DNA of 63,556 nt, counting the filler, from Octopus bimaculoides (lineage: Eukaryota), in the NCBI RefSeq assembly GCF_001194135.2. It is 6 parts of 5 records of this genome, joined end to end, with 100 filler letters (N's around TTAATTAATTAA, not from the genome) between each part and the next. Parts side by side here need not be neighbours in the genome. Positions count along the whole stretch, not along the records: positions 61,398 to 63,556 come from NW_026336265.1; 5 more parts are not named here. One strand, written 5' to 3'. The position numbers were made by a program, and so were the translations under genes. Below, piece by piece: positions 62,058 to 63,556 of this stretch. The number at the start of each line of letters is the position of its first letter. Position 1 is the stretch's first letter. Under the pieces are notes generated by a model that ran no database searches, was not told the origin of the DNA, and saw only the letters and a list, made by a program, of their open reading frames with translations.

Positions 62058-63556
62058 NNNNNNNNNNNNNNNNNNNNNNNNNNNNNNNNNNNNNNNNNNN
62101 NNNNNNNNNNNNNNNNNNNNNNNNNNNNNNNNNNNNNNNNNNNNNNNNNNNNNNNNNNNNNNNNNNNNNNNNNNNNNNNNNNNNNNNNNNNNNNNNNNNN
62201 NNNNNNNNNNNNNNNNNNNNNNNNNNNNNNNNNNNNNNNNNNNNNNNNNNNNNNNNNNNNNNNNNNNNNNNNNNNNNNNNNNNNNNNNNNNNNNNNNNNN
62301 NNNNNNNNNNNNNNNNNNNNNNNNNNNNNNNNNNNNNNNNNNNNNNNNNNNNNNNNNNNNNNNNNNNNNNNNNNNNNNNNNNNNNNNNNNNNNNNNNNNN
62401 NNNNNNNNNNNNNNNNNNNNNNNNNNNNNNNNNNNNNNNNNNNNNNNNNNNNNNNNNNNNNNNNNNNNNNNNNNNNNNNNNNNNNNNNNNNNNNNNNNNN
62501 NNNNNNNNNNNNNNNNNNNNNNNNNNNNNNNNNNNNNNNNNNNNNNNNNNNNNNNNNNNNNNNNNNNNNNNNNNNNNNNNNNNNNNNNNNNNNNNNNNNN
62601 NNNNNNNNNNNNNNNNNNNNNNNNNNNNNNNNNNNNNNNNNNNNNNNNNNNNNNNNNNNNNNNNNNNNNNNNNNNNNNNNNNNNNNNNNNNNNNNNNNNN
62701 NNNNNNNNNNNNNNNNNNNNNNNNNNNNNNNNNNNNNNNNNNNNNNNNNNNNNNNNNNNNNNNNNNNNNNNNNNNNNNNNNNNNNNNNNNNNNNNNNNNN
62801 NNNNNNNNNNNNNNNNNNNNNNNNNNNNNNNNNNNNNNNNNNNNNNNNNNNNNNNNNNNNNNNNNNNNNNNNNNNNNNNNNNNNNNNNNNNNNNNNNNNN
62901 NNNNNNNNNNNNNNNNNNNNNNNNNNNNNNNNNNNNNNNNNNNNNNNNNNNNNNNNNNNNNNNNNNNNNNNNNNNNNNNNNNNNNNNNNNNNNNNNNNNN
63001 NNNNNGCCACGCTCAAACTGGTGTATTTTATGTGCCACCCGCACAAGAGCCAGTCCAAATCTACTCACAAGGCTTTGGTCAGCTGAAAGGCTATAAGTAT
63101 AAGACTCTTGCCAAAGCTGTCATGTTCTTTATTGCCCACAAGGGGACAAACATAGAAGGGACAAACAAGGACAGACAAAGGGATTAAGTTGATTACATCA
63201 ACCCCAGTGCGTAACTGGTACTTAATTTATCGACCCCGAAAGGATGAAAGGCAAAGTCGACTTCGGTGGAATTTGAACTCAGAACGTAACGGCAGACAAA
63301 ATACTGCTAAGCATTTCGCCAATTTTACTACGCATGCACAACTCGAGGGGCTTCCGGTGGTGAAGTCCCTTGCACATGCGCAGAATAGTACTTCCTCAAT
63401 GGCAGCTATAATTTCACGCCACTACAATATCATCAAAACTGTTACTCCGAGTTTCATGTTCCCATTCGTCAGACAGTTTTGGTTGAGAATCAAAACAGCA
63501 CGTGCCTACTGTACTCTTTTACTTGTTTCAGTCATTTGACTGCGGCCATGCTGGAG

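Noticed and set aside
842-63086. Long ORFs rich in YI/CV/HT/MYVC repeats or X runs
   Set aside because: They are translations of microsatellites and N gaps, not genes.

Overview
AT-rich, microsatellite-dense metazoan genomic DNA. The SINE families, CR1/RTE/R4 LINEs and Penelope-like elements (PLEs) resemble those of octopod cephalopods (inference). There are many N gaps and five identical 100-nt synthetic joins (N44-TTAATTAATTAA-N44), so contiguity across those points is uncertain. No complete gene is recognisable. Almost all long ORFs in the track are microsatellite or N-run artefacts, and the recognisable coding sequence is decayed retroelement (two PLEs, CR1, RTE, R4/Dong, Gypsy gag-protease). 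The best host-gene candidates are a few minus-strand exons (31106-31198, 31926-31998, 24242-24387). The main signal is a set of minimal type-I hammerhead ribozymes of the PLE-associated kind: five well-formed copies that differ in sequence (7759-7816, 11291-11327, 13587-13630, 28609-28667, 30037-30079) and two relics. One is fused behind a tRNA-derived Pol III head in an element with a PLE-style inverted end, making it a candidate ribozyme-carrying, PLE-mobilised SINE. Two others share an unusual N.A mismatch at the base of stem II. All calls were made by eye, without alignment or folding software.
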